Assembly: GCA_036785375.1 (NCBI GenBank)
Contig: JAWMAR010000110.1
Span: forward strand, 5,828,001-5,892,000
Origin: Leucoraja ocellata
Lineage: Eukaryota
Direction: 5' to 3'
Length of the DNA stretch: 64,000 nt
A program made the translations under genes and the position numbers. Positions 25,501-38,455 of this stretch are shown piece by piece (the first letter of the stretch is position 1; every line of letters starts with the position of its first letter). Under the pieces are notes generated by a model that was not told where the DNA came from, searched no databases, and saw only the letters and a list, made by a program, of their open reading frames with translations.

Positions 25501-26335
25501 GGCGAGTCATTCAGCTCAAAATCTAAGGTGATTTGGGAGTGCAAGAATTGCATGTAGTGAGCCTCTGCTAATAATGAGTAGTTGAACCTCCACTGTTTAA
25601 AGGGGTTAGTTCGTTTACGAAAGTGGAAATCGAGGGAGGTTGCAACGTGATCTGATATTACGATGCTATGATACTCGCTGGATTTGATTTTGGAGAGCAG
25701 TCTGTTATCTAAGAGAAAGAAGTCTATACGGATATAGGTACGGTGCATGTGGGAAAAAAATGAAAATAATTTAGTCGTGGGGAATGTAAATCTCCATGGG
25801 TCTGTGAGCCCAAGTTGTTTGGTGAAAGCATGCAGCGTCTTACCTGATTTAGTTAAAGTAGAGGTTTTGTTCGAAGATCTGTCCAGTATAGGGTCTTGGA
25901 CCAGATTAAAATCTCCACCCACAATGACGTGGTGACTTTCAATATTTGGGAGAGATGTAAAAAAATTTGGTTACAAATGAGCTGTCATCCCAGTTGGGAC
26001 CGTAAATGCTGGCCAATATGACAGGTGTGTCTTGCAGTTTGCCAGACACCATGACAAAGCGGCCAGCAGGATCCTCCACAGTTTTCTGTGGTTCGAACAT
26101 AACGTTCTTACGAATCAGGATAGCAGTACCCCTAGCCCTATCATTAAATTTCGAGCGAAATAAGTGGCTAATCCAGCCTCTCTTAAGTCGTGTTACCTCT
26201 CTGTTACGAAAGTGCGTCTCTTGAATAAAAAATATTGCATTTGAGCTGTTGCAAGTGGGCCAAGATCCTGTCAGTCTTGGTAGGACTTCCCAGCCCCCTC
26301 ACGTTCCACGAGACAAATCTAAGAGTGGGACACAT
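22553..26335 (-). pseudogene. L1 ORF2 (APE endonuclease + reverse transcriptase + C-terminal Zn finger), frameshifted
   Basis: Split over ORFs 26204-26389, 25425-25922, 24982-25215, 24642-25028, 23991-24572, 22553-23752; RT YADD motif decayed to YEVD. Confidence 0.9.
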
Positions 26336-26367
26336 ATCACTTAACCATCTTTCAAACCTGAGTCCCC

Positions 26368-26680
26368 GGAGGGCGCTCAGCATCGCCAAGGACTGCTCTC
26401 ACCCCAACCATGGACTGTTTACCCTCCTACCATCCGGGAGGCGCTACAGGTCTCTCCGTTGCCGAACCAGCAGGTCGAGGAACAGCTTCTTCCCGGCGGC
26501 TGTCACTCTACTCAACAACGTACCTCGGTGACTGCCAATCACCACCCCACCGGACACTTATTATTATTTATTCAAATCATTTGCTATGTCGCTCTTCCAG
26601 GGAGATGCTAAATGCATTTTGTTGTCTCTGTACTGTACACTGACAATGACAATTAAAATTGAATCTGAATCTGAATCTGA
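26368..26680 (+). mobile_element. Rex1/Babar-like LINE 3' fragment nested in the L1 inter-ORF spacer
   Basis: RALSIAKDCSHPNHGLFTLLPSGRRYRSLRCRTSRSRNSFFPAAV; (GAATCT)n tail; imperfect duplication ctgagtcccc (26358-26367) / ctgagatcccc (26677-26687). Confidence 0.85.
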
Positions 26681-27615
26681 GATCCCCAATGTCCCAACTG
26701 AACCTCGAGTGCCCATTGCACCAAGGTGCGTTGTCCTCGCATCTGCATGGAGATATCTGATCTTAACTCCCAATATTTCCACCTCCCAAAGCAACAAAAT
26801 CGCACAATGTCAGTAAAGTAACATAAAATGAAATGAGTATAGTAATAATAATAATAACAATGATAATAATAATTTGAAAAATAGAAAGTAGAAATAAAGT
26901 AAAATAAACATAAATAAATACATACAAAGTTGAAATAATTGCCATAATAGTTGCACTGCCAATGTCATTGCTAAAAGGGTGATACTGAATAAGCAAGCCA
27001 ACGTATAAGTGGAGCAAGAATAGCTTCCTTTGGTATTACATAGTATATCTTAAAATCGACAAGGTATAAAGAAAGAGTTAGCGTTAGAGAAGTTAGCGAG
27101 TTGCAAACTGGGCTCTTGGATTAAAGCGCAGGGCAAAAGAACATCAATTAAGTATTGTTAAACAAAAACGCTGTAGGAGCAGATTGGTATAACACAGCCT
27201 TGGCTGTAATGAGCTCTTATCAGCCCCAGACAGTCCGCTAGGAAGACTAGTGTAAACAAACTAGCCGAATGCTGGCAGCATTAGCAGCCAGCTGCTAAAA
27301 ACAAGAAGGCAGAGACCAGATCACGAACCACAAAGTGGGTCCCTTAAGCCCAATTTTATAGCATGTGCAGGTGAAGAACCTTTCAAGTATGATTACACAT
27401 AAACATTATAAGGAAAAGTTGGTTTAAGATGGTCACGAATCGTGGTGAATTCTTACCAGCCTCATACATTTCAAGACAGGGGTCTAGTATAATCAGCAAG
27501 GCCGAGCGCTAGCAATGGCTAGTTGCTAAGAGCAATCAAGCTAAAGTTAGTCCATAGTGTAACCGTAGATTAACCGGACCCCTGTGCCACTCGGATATAG
27601 ACGTACCGAGCGAAA

Positions 27616-28422
27616 TCAGTCGTCTGTGGGTCCCGGTCTGCGTCGACGGTAAGATGAGATGAAATCCTGAGCGTCCTCAGGAGATGTTAGTCGTCGTCTC
27701 TTTCCTTCCCCGGCCATGATGAACAGCTTGGCTGGATAATGAAGGGAGTGTTTGAGACCCAGGTTGTACATCTCCTTCATAACGTCTCGGTACGCGGAGC
27801 GTTGTTCAACTATCTCGGGACAGTAGTCTCTGAAAATATGGATCGGGATATCCTTGTACTTCAGCTTACCCCTCTGCCTCCGAGCCTCACGCACCACCAA
27901 CTCGTGGGTCTGGTATCTATGGAAGCAGATCACAACTGCTCTGGGTTTCTCACCAGGGCTTGGCTTGGCTGTTAGCGTACGGTGGGCTCGGTCTAGCTCC
28001 GGGGCCGATTCCAGTGTGTGTTCGCCAAGAGTCTCGAGCAGGAGTTGAGAGAAAAAAGCTGTTGTTTGGGGGCCTTCGATGTTCTCGGGGAGACCGACTA
28101 TCCTTATGTTATTTCAGCGACTCCTGCCTTCCAGGCCGATAAGCTTAGACTTTAGCTTGGCGTTCTCTTCGGTCACCGTAGTTAGCATTGTCGCTATAGC
28201 TCGTATGTCTTGGCTGGTGGTATCAGCAAGAATCTAATGACGAAGTTGGTGATCTAAAATTGTGGTCTGGATATTGTCCAGCTTAGTTTCCAGTTTGGTG
28301 AACGCTGCGTTGAATTCTGCCAGTAGCAATACCTTGTGCTCCGTTAACATGGCTGCTAGCGTGGCCATGCTGGTCATCGGGTCTTCCGTCTTTTGCTCCT
28401 CTTTCTTTCCTCTGCCTGGCAT
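27616..28422 (-). pseudogene. L1 ORF1 (coiled coil/RRM/CTD), interrupted
   Basis: MPGRGKKEE...TKLETKLDNIQ; C-terminal ICFHRYQTHELVVREARR...IHIFRDY...HSLHYPAKL typical of fish L1 ORF1p. Confidence 0.85.
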
Positions 28423-28824
28423 CTTTACGGCGTGTGAGCTGCTGTCAATGGTGTTTAAATATTTATGGGTAATTATAAAACTTAGGCTGAGCTATAATAA
28501 AAGTTGGAGGTGAACAGGTCGGGAGCGTGGAAAAGTGCGACTACTCCAACATGTCGCCCCCAGCGGATTGCCAATCCCTCTTGAAAGCATCCAGAGAAAT
28601 GTTGCCCACTGCCTTCCGAGGCAGAGAATTCCACAGATTCATAATTCTCTGGGTGAAAATGTTTTTCCTCATCTCCGTTCTAACCCCTTATTCTTAAACT
28701 GTGACCCCTGGTTCAGGACTCCCCCCAACATCAGGAACATGTTTCCTGCCTCTAGTGTGTCCTATCCCTTAATAATCTTACATGTTTCAATAAGATAGCC
28801 TCTCATCCTTCTAAAGTCCAGAGT

Positions 28825-29323
28825 TTTGGCGAGTTTAGAAGAGTTGAGGAGAGTTTGAAAAAGTGTTATGTTGAAGACCTCCTTCGACTATGTTGAAGAC
28901 TAGCTTCAACTAGCTTCGGAAAAATTGGACACCGAATAGTGGAGAGTGAAGACGACCCCCTTCGATCTACTTCGACTATGTTGAAGACTATCTACAACTA
29001 CCTTTGATTACCTTTGACTACCCTTGATTACCTACGAGTAACATGCCGACCTACTATGACCTACTTTGACTAAAGCTACGAGTAAAAAAATATCGATTTT
29101 TACCATGGTGGCCTTTTTTTTTTTAAACACGCGGGCATTTTTCAGAATGTTAAAAAATACGCCGCGACCTAGCTGAGGCCTCGAGTACGCGGGTCTACTC
29201 TCGAGCATGAAGGAGAGTTACAAAGATCTCCTAGGACCTCGTGTTGACCATGCTGCGAGTATCAGTCGAGGGAAAACTCTTTTAAACTCGCCAATTAGAT
29301 CGCCGCAGTGGGACAGCCCCTTT
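28825..29323. mobile_element. Harbinger-like MITE fragment with short internal repeats
   Basis: Right end cagtgggacagcccct-tta related to the 6450 element TIR; repeated cttcgacta/ctacga units. Confidence 0.6.
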
Positions 29324-30224
29324 ACACTCTAGTGTTGTTTAGTTTAGAGATACAGCACCGAGTCCGCACCGACAGTGACCCCCTCACATTAACACTATCC
29401 TACACTAGGGACAATAATTAACATTTATACCAAGCCAACTAACCTACACATCTGGACGTCTTTGGAGTGCGTGAGGAAACTGAAGATCTGCCCGTTTTTC
29501 CTTCCCCTGTTCTTTTCGAACATTTTTTGATCATAACCCGGATTATTGAGCACCGTCATGGTTAGTCTGCAACTACATTTCAGAAATAGCCATTACATCA
29601 TACTCAGATGTTGCTATTTGCGCTATGGCAACAAATCTACTTTTACAACGGGACGCACGTTCAAATAAGCAGGGATTTAAAAAAAAAAGTTATTTACAAT
29701 TCTGGATTTGTTCTGTTTTGCATATTTTTGTTAATATTGTCCGCGTGGCCTTTCGCACTATAACTGTCCATATAGCCTCTATCCTGCACCAATGCTCGTC
29801 ATTCCCTCCCAATTAATTAAAAACGTCTGTACTTTGAGTTAGTTTGAGTTCTATGAGTTAGTTAAAAGCCCCATGTACAACACTGGGTATTTGATTCACC
29901 AGTACACTGATCCAGGGATCACAAGGCAAAAGAAACGCGGATAAAGACTAAATATGTATTTATTACAAGCTAATGATTTATTCTCACTAAGTTTTTGCTC
30001 GGGTTAAAATGAAATTTACCCCCATTGAATGGAAACAGTATAGTAGTCCTATTTTTGAGCAAGATGCCAAATACCGAGAATTGATCGAGTCAGATAAAAA
30101 TCAAACCAGATAATTTTGGTACTTAAGTCATATTTATAAATAAGTCTTATTTATAAATAACTTATTTATGAAATAAATTATAAAAAAGGTAATACATAAA
30201 TTGTTTTGACTAAGACAATTAGGA

Positions 30225-30980
30225 TCCACCCTCATCAGAATCCCTGGATACACCAGGTGAATACTATCCTGTCCTCAAAGACATCACTGTGGATATGATC
30301 GACAGCTTCAAATTCCAAGGCACTAACAACACCAATCACTAATCTGAACCATTCACTCTGATCCGATGATCAAGAAAGCACATCATACTTTTTTACGCTT
30401 CTGAGAAGGTTCAGCATGTCCACAATGATTCTCTTGAACTTCTTAAGAAGTGCCACAGAAAGTATTCTGACGGGATGCACAACAGTCTGGTATGTCAACT
30501 GCTCTGCATTTGACCACCTGATCCTGTGGTGAATGCAGCTCAGTCCATCACAGGCTCATCACTTCCTTCCATTCCGTCCATCTTCACAGGACCAGGAAGG
30601 CCAGAAGTATTGTTTGGGATGCCTGTCACCCTGGCTGTTTCCTTTCATCTCTTCCATCTTCTGGGATAAATTACAGACGTTTTGAAAGCTCAGACATCCA
30701 GGCTGAAGGCCAGCTTCTTCCCCACTGCTATTGAACTCATGAAACAATAACACCTCTAACTGAAGCTGCTGCCACATATTCTTAATCTTAAAATATTGCA
30801 CTTTATTTTTTGAAGCACTACCTCAGGTTGCACCACAATCCCCATATCATACTGCTATTATGCACTCGTGGTTTTGTTGTATTTACCATTACCATGTACA
30901 CCGTTTACTCTACGTGCTTCAAGAAATTTCATTGCACCCTGGTGCATATGGTAATAAACTAATCTGAATCTGAATCTAAA
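30225..30980 (+). mobile_element. Decayed Rex1-like 3' fragment
   Basis: FKF.G and LRRF remnants; aataaact(aatctg)n tail. Confidence 0.6.
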
Positions 30981-31519
30981 TCTAGTGTAGCACATTAAAA
31001 CACAACTCCAAAGGAGAATGTCACTCAGCTTGTACGTCATGTACAATTCAGCTTGTACGTTTAGCTGTAAGATTTTCCTGGATTTGATAAAACAATTTTA
31101 CTTTATGGTTTCAAGGTCAGTTTATTGTCATTCTTTCAAGTGAAACCTAATTCCGAGTCGGTTTACTGACAGTTCTGCTGGATTGTAAGATTCCTATTAC
31201 ATACCTTTTAAGATGTTACACGGTATTACAGATTTTTTTCCCCAATGAGTTCCCTCGGAGAGCAGGAATCAATAATCAATAATGAATTTTAAAATAGAAT
31301 TTAGAGGTACAGTGTGGAAACATGCCCTTTGGTCCATTGAGTCCACATCAACCATCGATCACCCATACACTAGTTCAATGTTATCCCACTTTCGCATCCC
31401 ACACACTGGGTCATTTTCCGAGACCAATTAACCTTCAAACATCTTTGGAATGTGGGAGGAAACCGGAGTACCACAGTCACAGAGGGAATGTGCAATCTCC
31501 ACATAGACATCAGAGTTTT

Positions 31520-32922
31520 ATAACCAAAATCGATTTTAGTTGACCAAATTACTGAATGCTTTATTTTCATTATTCCAAGAACTGCAATCAACCACAGATC
31601 TTTTCCAAATTTTCAGCTTCATTGCAATTTAATTTGACATGGGTTTGACTATTATATTATTTGCATATATTAAACACACATAAATACTGGACTTGCATTA
31701 TTCCAACAGAGAAAAAGGCAAAAGCCTTGTACAAAAACAGCACTTTAGTGAATAGGAAAAATATTCTTTACATCAAATTGCAATTGAAAATCCCTACAAT
31801 TAATATCTTGGGAACATGGGTTTAACTTCTGCTGTATTTCGGACTCGTTATCCTTCTTGATTCAGTCAAATGCCTTTCCTTGGGAGACTAAAGAGTGGTT
31901 GGGAAGAGTGGAAAGTAGAAAGGGGCCTCTGCAAAAGTCAAGTATCTATTGGAGATCATTTGCTCTGCAAATGATAGTTTGTAAACTACAATATGTTTTT
32001 GAATAATATTCAATTTCAATTGTATTATACATTCCTTTTGAGCAGGATAATCCTGTTGGAACTACTTCTTAAAACCCATGATTCTATTTCTCATAATCTC
32101 TTTCTATGGGAAATATGATGCATGGACTTCGCCAGCCTGTCTGCACCAATAACAATCTGACAAGAAATTGCATTGATGTTATGCTATTCCTTGAATGACA
32201 TTAGCAAAGTGAAATTGTAATTTTGTCAACTCACAAATGACACTAACATTTAATTTAACAAAATGCTTATGCCAACACCTTTAAAATCAACCATGACTCA
32301 AAGTTGTATTATTCAAAATAAGTTAAACATACAAAAAAATATAATTCCTAACTCTTCACACATACCTTCCAAAAATTTAGTTTGCTGGTTTTACTGAAAC
32401 TATTTTAAACTACAGAAATAAATATTTGTCACTTATACACAACACCTGAAGGTTTTGAATACGAGGTGGAGAATCATGATGTCGCCAATGCTTTCCTGTA
32501 GCCTTAAGGATGTTCAACCTCAACACAGTTTCATTTTCGCAAAGATAATGTGCAAATGAAACCATGGCCGATTTTTATTTCCCAAATAGTTAAAGCCACA
32601 CTTCAGCTCATAATCTAGACAGAACTAGTTCTGAAGGGGCTCTTCTTTCAGATTTGTTATACCAACATTGTTTTTAAATTGACAATTGAATTTGCCTATA
32701 GAAAGCTGCATTAGAATTAATGGTTGTCAGACATCCTGATGTACAGAATATTTTACATACTGAATTTATGTTCAAGATCTGCATCATTCCAATGAATCAC
32801 AGTTAATTAAGGTTGGGGAAAAGAAATCAGCTGGAAAGAAAATTTGAGGGCACTTTGTCAACAGGTCCAAAAGTTAATTAATAGGCAGACATGCCTGTTC
32901 TTGAGTTTAAAGAAGCATCAGG
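31520..32922 (-). other. Probable ME2 3' UTR with candidate poly(A) signals
   Basis: AT-rich, repeat-poor sequence after the stop; minus-strand AATAAA at 32574-32579 and 31560-31565. Confidence 0.4.
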
Positions 32923-33084
32923 TTACAAACTAGGTAGCTTTGTTGCAGACTCTGGCCAGTCATAAATATCTGGAACAAAGGACTCGTAATTAGTCTTCCA
33001 CATCTTCGACATCAAAAATTCCCTTTTGTCCTTTGGCTCTGGGTACTCCAACGCAAGTCCATTTGCATAAAGGAATTCTCCGAT
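32923..33084 (-). CDS. ME2: ME2 terminal coding exon, 162 nt including stop
   Basis: ttacag|ATC; IGEFLYANGLALEYPEPKDKREFLMSKMWKTNYESFVPDIYDWPESATKLPSL* with TAA at 32923-32925. Confidence 0.95.
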   Translation of the reverse strand: MGEFLYANGLALEYPEPKDKREFLMSKMWKTNYESFVPDIYDWPESATKLPSL

Positions 33085-35546
33085 CTGTAATAAACCAAAA
33101 CCAAATTAATGCTTACATGCACTGGTAGGGTAAATGAATAAATGGCAGTGTAAACGCGACAGGCCAAACAGCCTATGCTGCTACTGTGACTGAGAAACAT
33201 AAATAATTTTCCAGGAAGGGTGTGAACCTCCAATGAAAGGACACTATTTTAGATGAAAGAATGTTGCAAAATATAGCATCAACTAATTTTGCTCTCTTCC
33301 CCACCCCAGGCAAAAAAAATGGCAACACAAGGCTTCACCAAAAGATCATAATTTGGTAAATGCTTTACCTCTAGTGGTAGTGGCGGGAAATTGGGTCCTT
33401 AAGACTACATCTATGCTGGCTCCATTAGTAGGCATTTCATATTTGTTATTTGCTATTATCATGCAAGCATAAAATTGACATGCTTTTTGCCATATTTTAA
33501 AATTAGTTTGAAACAGAAGATCCTTAAAACAGCCAGCAATGGATATGCTTGATAAATTTGGAATGATTCAATTGATCATTTAGCTTATTTCTTCAGAGAA
33601 GAAAAAAAATATTTTCCCCCAAAATTATTCAAATTTTCATTGTTTAGGAAACTTTTGTAGACATCCCAAGCTGATGAAAGTTCCATTGTTTACACACTAG
33701 CAGCAGCTCCGATTGGACCATAAGATGCGGAGATGGCTAGAATGTAGGCACTGAAGGCAGAATAGCTGTAGAGTAAATTATTAAGTACACATGGGTGTTG
33801 TTATTAAATTCGAATCACCATGTCTATTGGACCAGTAATCTGGAAACCCGAATTATAATTTAAAAAAGTGAGAATTCAAATCCAATTTAATTATTGAAGA
33901 AATTGAACTCAGAATTGAGAAATAACTGGAAAGGTGAATATCAAGACATTGGTTGAAGCAGGTGCAGTAACATTGAAAAGACATTTAGGTACGTACACAG
34001 ATAGAAAAAGTTTAGAGGAATACGAGTTTGGAGCAAGGGTACCATTTCCATGCTGCAGGTTTCCATGACCCATGAAGCATGTCACAAAACCCAAATGGTT
34101 CACATATGCTACATGGGCGGAAAACATTTATTTAAAAAACTTGGTTCTAGCCTGTAAGTAACACCAATTCTACAATGGGCAACATGGATTGGCAACATTT
34201 TGGGTCAGGACACTTATTCAGACTAATTATAGTAGGGGAGAAAGCTGGGAGAGGTAGGTGGAATGGCACAAATCCTGCAAGTGATAGGTCGATACAGTTG
34301 AAGGGGGGGGGGGGTGATTGATAGATGGTTAAGGTTCACATTTGATGCCTCTTCTATCCTCATCTCACACTTTGTCTTTTCATCGTGGCCTTTGTCAAAC
34401 CATCTGCCAATTAAATCTTACCCCTTAACCTGTATCCACCTATCACTCGCCAGGCTTTGTACTGCCCCCCACCTCACCAATCCAATGCATCTTATTGATC
34501 TACTTAGCTGACCTTCTTCCATGCCCCATTTAAAGTTCTTATGAAGTATCAACTTAAAACTTTCCATGCAAAGAGATGGCAGACAGTTGCTGCCTGACAG
34601 CTCCTGGGTTTGATCCTGACTACAAGTATAGTCCCATATTCTAAAAACGTGCAGATTTTCAGGTTAACGGACTTCTATAAATTGTCCATAGTGTGTAGGA
34701 TAGTGTGGGGCGATTGCTGGTCACGCAGACTCGGTGGGCCAAAGGGCCTGTTTCCACACTGTATCTCTAAACTAAACCAAGATTAAACATTTACAACCTC
34801 TTCTCTGGGAATGAGACTGCTATTATAACAACTATTTCCCTACTTAAAATGACAGATCTGCTCTGGATCACAATGCTTCTTGCCAATTTATCCATTTACT
34901 CTAACCCAGCAGTTTTTAAGATTTCATTTACAGCTATTCAGTCTTCATCCTGCACATCTTGCTAATTAGACAACTTTTGGTGAAAAATGTGGCACTTTGA
35001 GGTTGGGATGTCCAGAAAGGTCTCCCAAATTTTGGAAATTGGTTGCTGTTTTGAGGAGCAAATGGATTGAGAAATAGCTTCATTTTTAATTCTGTTAGAT
35101 AACTCTTAGAAACTCAAAACTTTCTAAACACAATAGATACCAGTCACAATGATGCAACCTAAACTTGCAATTCCACCCTGGCACAATTCTGCTGGATTTG
35201 GGATGAGTTCCTTCCACAAACCACTCTCCCACCCCACCCCCCCTTCAAGCTCAGCCTAAAATTGAATTGAAAATTTTAAATTGAGGTCTGACCAAAATTC
35301 CAGACAACTGAAGAACAATTCTCCAGATGATCAAGAGCAAACATTTTTTCCTTACTTGCAGACATGCACTGTTTATATATGCTATAATGACTGAATCCTT
35401 GATTGCTCCACATCAACATGTCTCTCTATGTCTCTCTCTCTCTAATTCAATATGACGGTCTCTCCATTTTATTCCAATGCATACTTAAAACTCTTTAATT
35501 GATTGGAATATTCTCAATATAATCTACAGGTTATCAGGATGCTCAC

Positions 35547-35645
35547 CTTAACTGCAGTATTAATAGACACTTCCCGGATATTAGATATGTTCGGATAAAG
35601 GAGTCCTTCAGCCAATTCTTCATTGGTCACCTGGTCAGCAAGTGC
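35547..35645 (-). CDS. ME2: ME2 penultimate exon, 99 nt
   Basis: ctgcag|GCA...AAG|gtgag; ALADQVTNEELAEGLLYPNISNIREVSINTAVK. Confidence 0.96.
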
Positions 35646-36312
35646 CTGCAGAATATTTATAAATAGAATCAGATTAAAAATACTAAGCAGAAAACCTGGC
35701 CCCTCGCTCTTCTCCCCTCTTCCATCAGGCAATAGGTATAAAGTGTGAAAACACACATCTCCAGATTCAGGGAGTTTCTTGCCAGCTGTTATCCAGCAAC
35801 TGAATCATCCTACCACAACCAGAGAGCAGTGCTGAACTTCTAGCTAACTCATTGATGACCCTCGGACTATCCTTGATCGGACTTTGTTAGCTTTACCTTG
35901 CACTAAATGTAATTCCCTCATCATGAATCTATACACTGTAAATGGCTCGATTGTAATCATGTATTGTCTTTCTGTTGACTGGATAGTATGCAACAAAATC
36001 TTTTCTCTGTACCTCGGTACACATGATAATAAACTAAACTGAACCAGTGTTTAGAAACACCCTACCAGTCTCAGACAGTGTTCGATGTTGGCATGTGCAC
36101 CAGATATGTTGGTTTCCCAGCATCAATGAACTTGAAGAATGACAGCTGATGAATGGTCACCAGCTGGAGCTCCACCCCTAGCTGGCATGCCTTTAATTTT
36201 CACCATATTACATTTCTTCAGGTAATCTGGAATCGTATTTTGCTGCAGAAAACATCACCCCTCAAGTCAAAACAATTATACTGCAGATTGCATTTTTGTT
36301 TCTATAACAAAC

Positions 36313-36383
36313 CTTTGCAGCTTCCAAGAAAACTTGATCACTTATTTTACGAACTCCGAAAAGGATCACAGCCAGTGCCACAC
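36313..36383 (-). CDS. ME2: ME2 internal exon, 71 nt
   Basis: ttgcag|GT...AAG|gtttg; VALAVILFGVRKISDQVFLEAAK. Confidence 0.95.
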
Positions 36384-36424
36384 CTGCAACAAAACATAAT
36401 TTTAGTTAAAGTTATGAGATTTAC

Positions 36425-38455
36425 GAGTTGTCATTAAATACAGGCGAGGTGCCGCAAGACTGGAGGGTAGCAAATGTTGTGCCTCTATTCAAGAAGGGCT
36501 GTAGGGAAAAAGCTGGGAACTACAGGCCAGTGAGCTTAACATTTGTGGTCAGAAAGTTACTAGAGTGTTATGAGAGATCGTTGATAAGGGTGCAGAGAAG
36601 ATTTACAAGAATGCTGCCAAGACTTGCCAAGACTGCCAAGGTTGAGCAGGCTAGGATTCTATTAGTCATAGAGTGATACGGTGTGGAATCAGGCCCTTCA
36701 GCCTAACTCGCCCACACAATGTCCCAACTACACTAATCCCACTTGCCTCCGCTCTGTCTATATCTCTCCAAACGTGACCTATCCATGAACCTGCTAACTG
36801 TTTCTTAAACGACGAGATAGTCCCAGCCTCAACTACCTCCTCTGGCAGCTTGTTCCATACACCCACCACCCTTTGTGTGAAAAAGAAATCCCTCGGATTC
36901 CTATTAAATCTTTTCCCCTTCACCATGAACCTATGTCCTCTGGTCCTCAATTCCCCAGACTCTGGGCAAAAGACACTGTGCATCTACCCGATCTATTCCT
37001 CTCATGATTTTGTATACCTCTATAAGGCCTCCCCTCATTCTTCTGCGCTCCATGGAATAGAGACCCAGCCTACTCAACCTTTCCCTATAGCTCAACCCTT
37101 TCAAGCTTGACAATATCTTTCCTATAACATGGTGCCCAGAACGGAACACAATATTCTAAATGCTGTCTCACCAACATCTTATGTAACTGCAACGTGACTG
37201 TCCACACTCAATACACTGACTGATGAAGGCCAAAGTGCCTAGAGACTTTTTGACCACCTCATCTACCTGCAACTCGACCTTCATGGAACCATGCACCTGT
37301 ACTCCTAGATCCTTCTGCTCTACAACACTACCCAGAGGCCTACCATTTACTGTGTAGGTCCTGCCCTTGTTTGACGTCCCGAAATGCAACACCTCACACT
37401 TCTCTGTATTAAATTCCATCAACCATTCCTCCGCCCACGTGACCAATCGATCCAGATCCGTCTGCAATCGTTCACAATCATTTTCACTATCTGCAAAATC
37501 ACTAATTTTTGTATCATCAGCAAACTTGCTAATCTTGCCCTGTATGTTCTTATCCAAATCATTGATGTAGATGACAAACTGTAACGGGCCCAATACCGAA
37601 CCCCGAGGCACATCACTAGTCATAGGCATCCAGTCTAAGGGGCAAGCTTCCGCGATTACCCTCTTCTTCCTTCCTTGGAGCCAATTTGCTATCCATTCAG
37701 CCATCTCTCCTTGGATCCATGCGATCCAACCTTCCAGAGCAGCCAACCATTTGGAACCTTGTCGAACGCCATGTACACAACATCTACAGCTCTGCCCTCA
37801 TCAACCTTTTTGGTCATGTCTTCAAAATAAATCAATTAGATTTGTGACTACCCTAATCAGCCCTTGCCCATCCAAATGCCTGTATATCCTATTCCTCAGA
37901 ATACTCTTCAGTAACTTACCAACTACAGATGCTCAGCTCACTGGCCTATAGTTCCCAGCATTTTCCCTGCAGCCCTTCTTGAAAAGAGGTACAACATTTG
38001 CCACCCTCCAGTCTTCCGGCACCTCTCCTGTATTTCAGGACAACTCTTAAATTTCAAACAGGGCTCCCACAATTTCCAGATAAATATCCCACAATGTCCT
38101 CGGATATATTCCTTGGAGTGCAGAAGGTTGAGGGGTGATCATGAGAGGAATAGATCGGGGAGATGCACAGAAGCTCTTGTCCAATGTAGATTCGAGAACC
38201 AGTGGTCATAGGTTTAAAGTGAGGAGGGAAAGATTTAATAGGAATCTGAGGGGTGATCTTTTCACACAATGGGTTGTGAGTGTAGGTAGGTGCTATCGCA
38301 ATGTTCAAGAATCATTTAGACAGATGCAGGGATAGTACAGTTGTAGAGCTATATAGGCCATATGCAGGCAGGTGGGACTAGTGTAGATGGGGGATATTGG
38401 TCAGTGTAGGCAAGTTGGGCTGAAGGGCCCGTTTCCTCACTGCATGACTATGTCT
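36425..38455. mobile_element. Cluster of CR1 fragments (+36425-36660, -36665-38100, +38110-38450)
   Basis: DWRVANVVPLFKKG, GSVLGP, SKFADDTK, KDLGV, RGHRF, FFTQRVV motifs. Confidence 0.9.

Larger units (their letters stand above)
22197..28572 (-). mobile_element. Near full-length, inactivated L1-clade LINE
   Basis: 5' end near GGGGGCGACATG (~28561); broken ORF1 (28422-27616); ORF2 from MCPTLRFVSWNVRGL (ATG 26335) through GGDFN, SDH, KSPGPDG, DAEKAFDRV, RGTRQGCPLSP and C-terminal CxxC...HMFWSCP to stop at 22553; AATAAA near 3' end; 12-bp TSD aatccctcttga at 22185-22196 and 28573-28584. Confidence 0.93.
22042..28822 (-). mobile_element. CR1 3' fragment split by the L1 insertion (22042-22196 and 28573-28822)
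   Basis: CR1 tail (ggccattcggcccttc...catggctgatcatcc) continues seamlessly across the L1 TSD. Confidence 0.85.
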
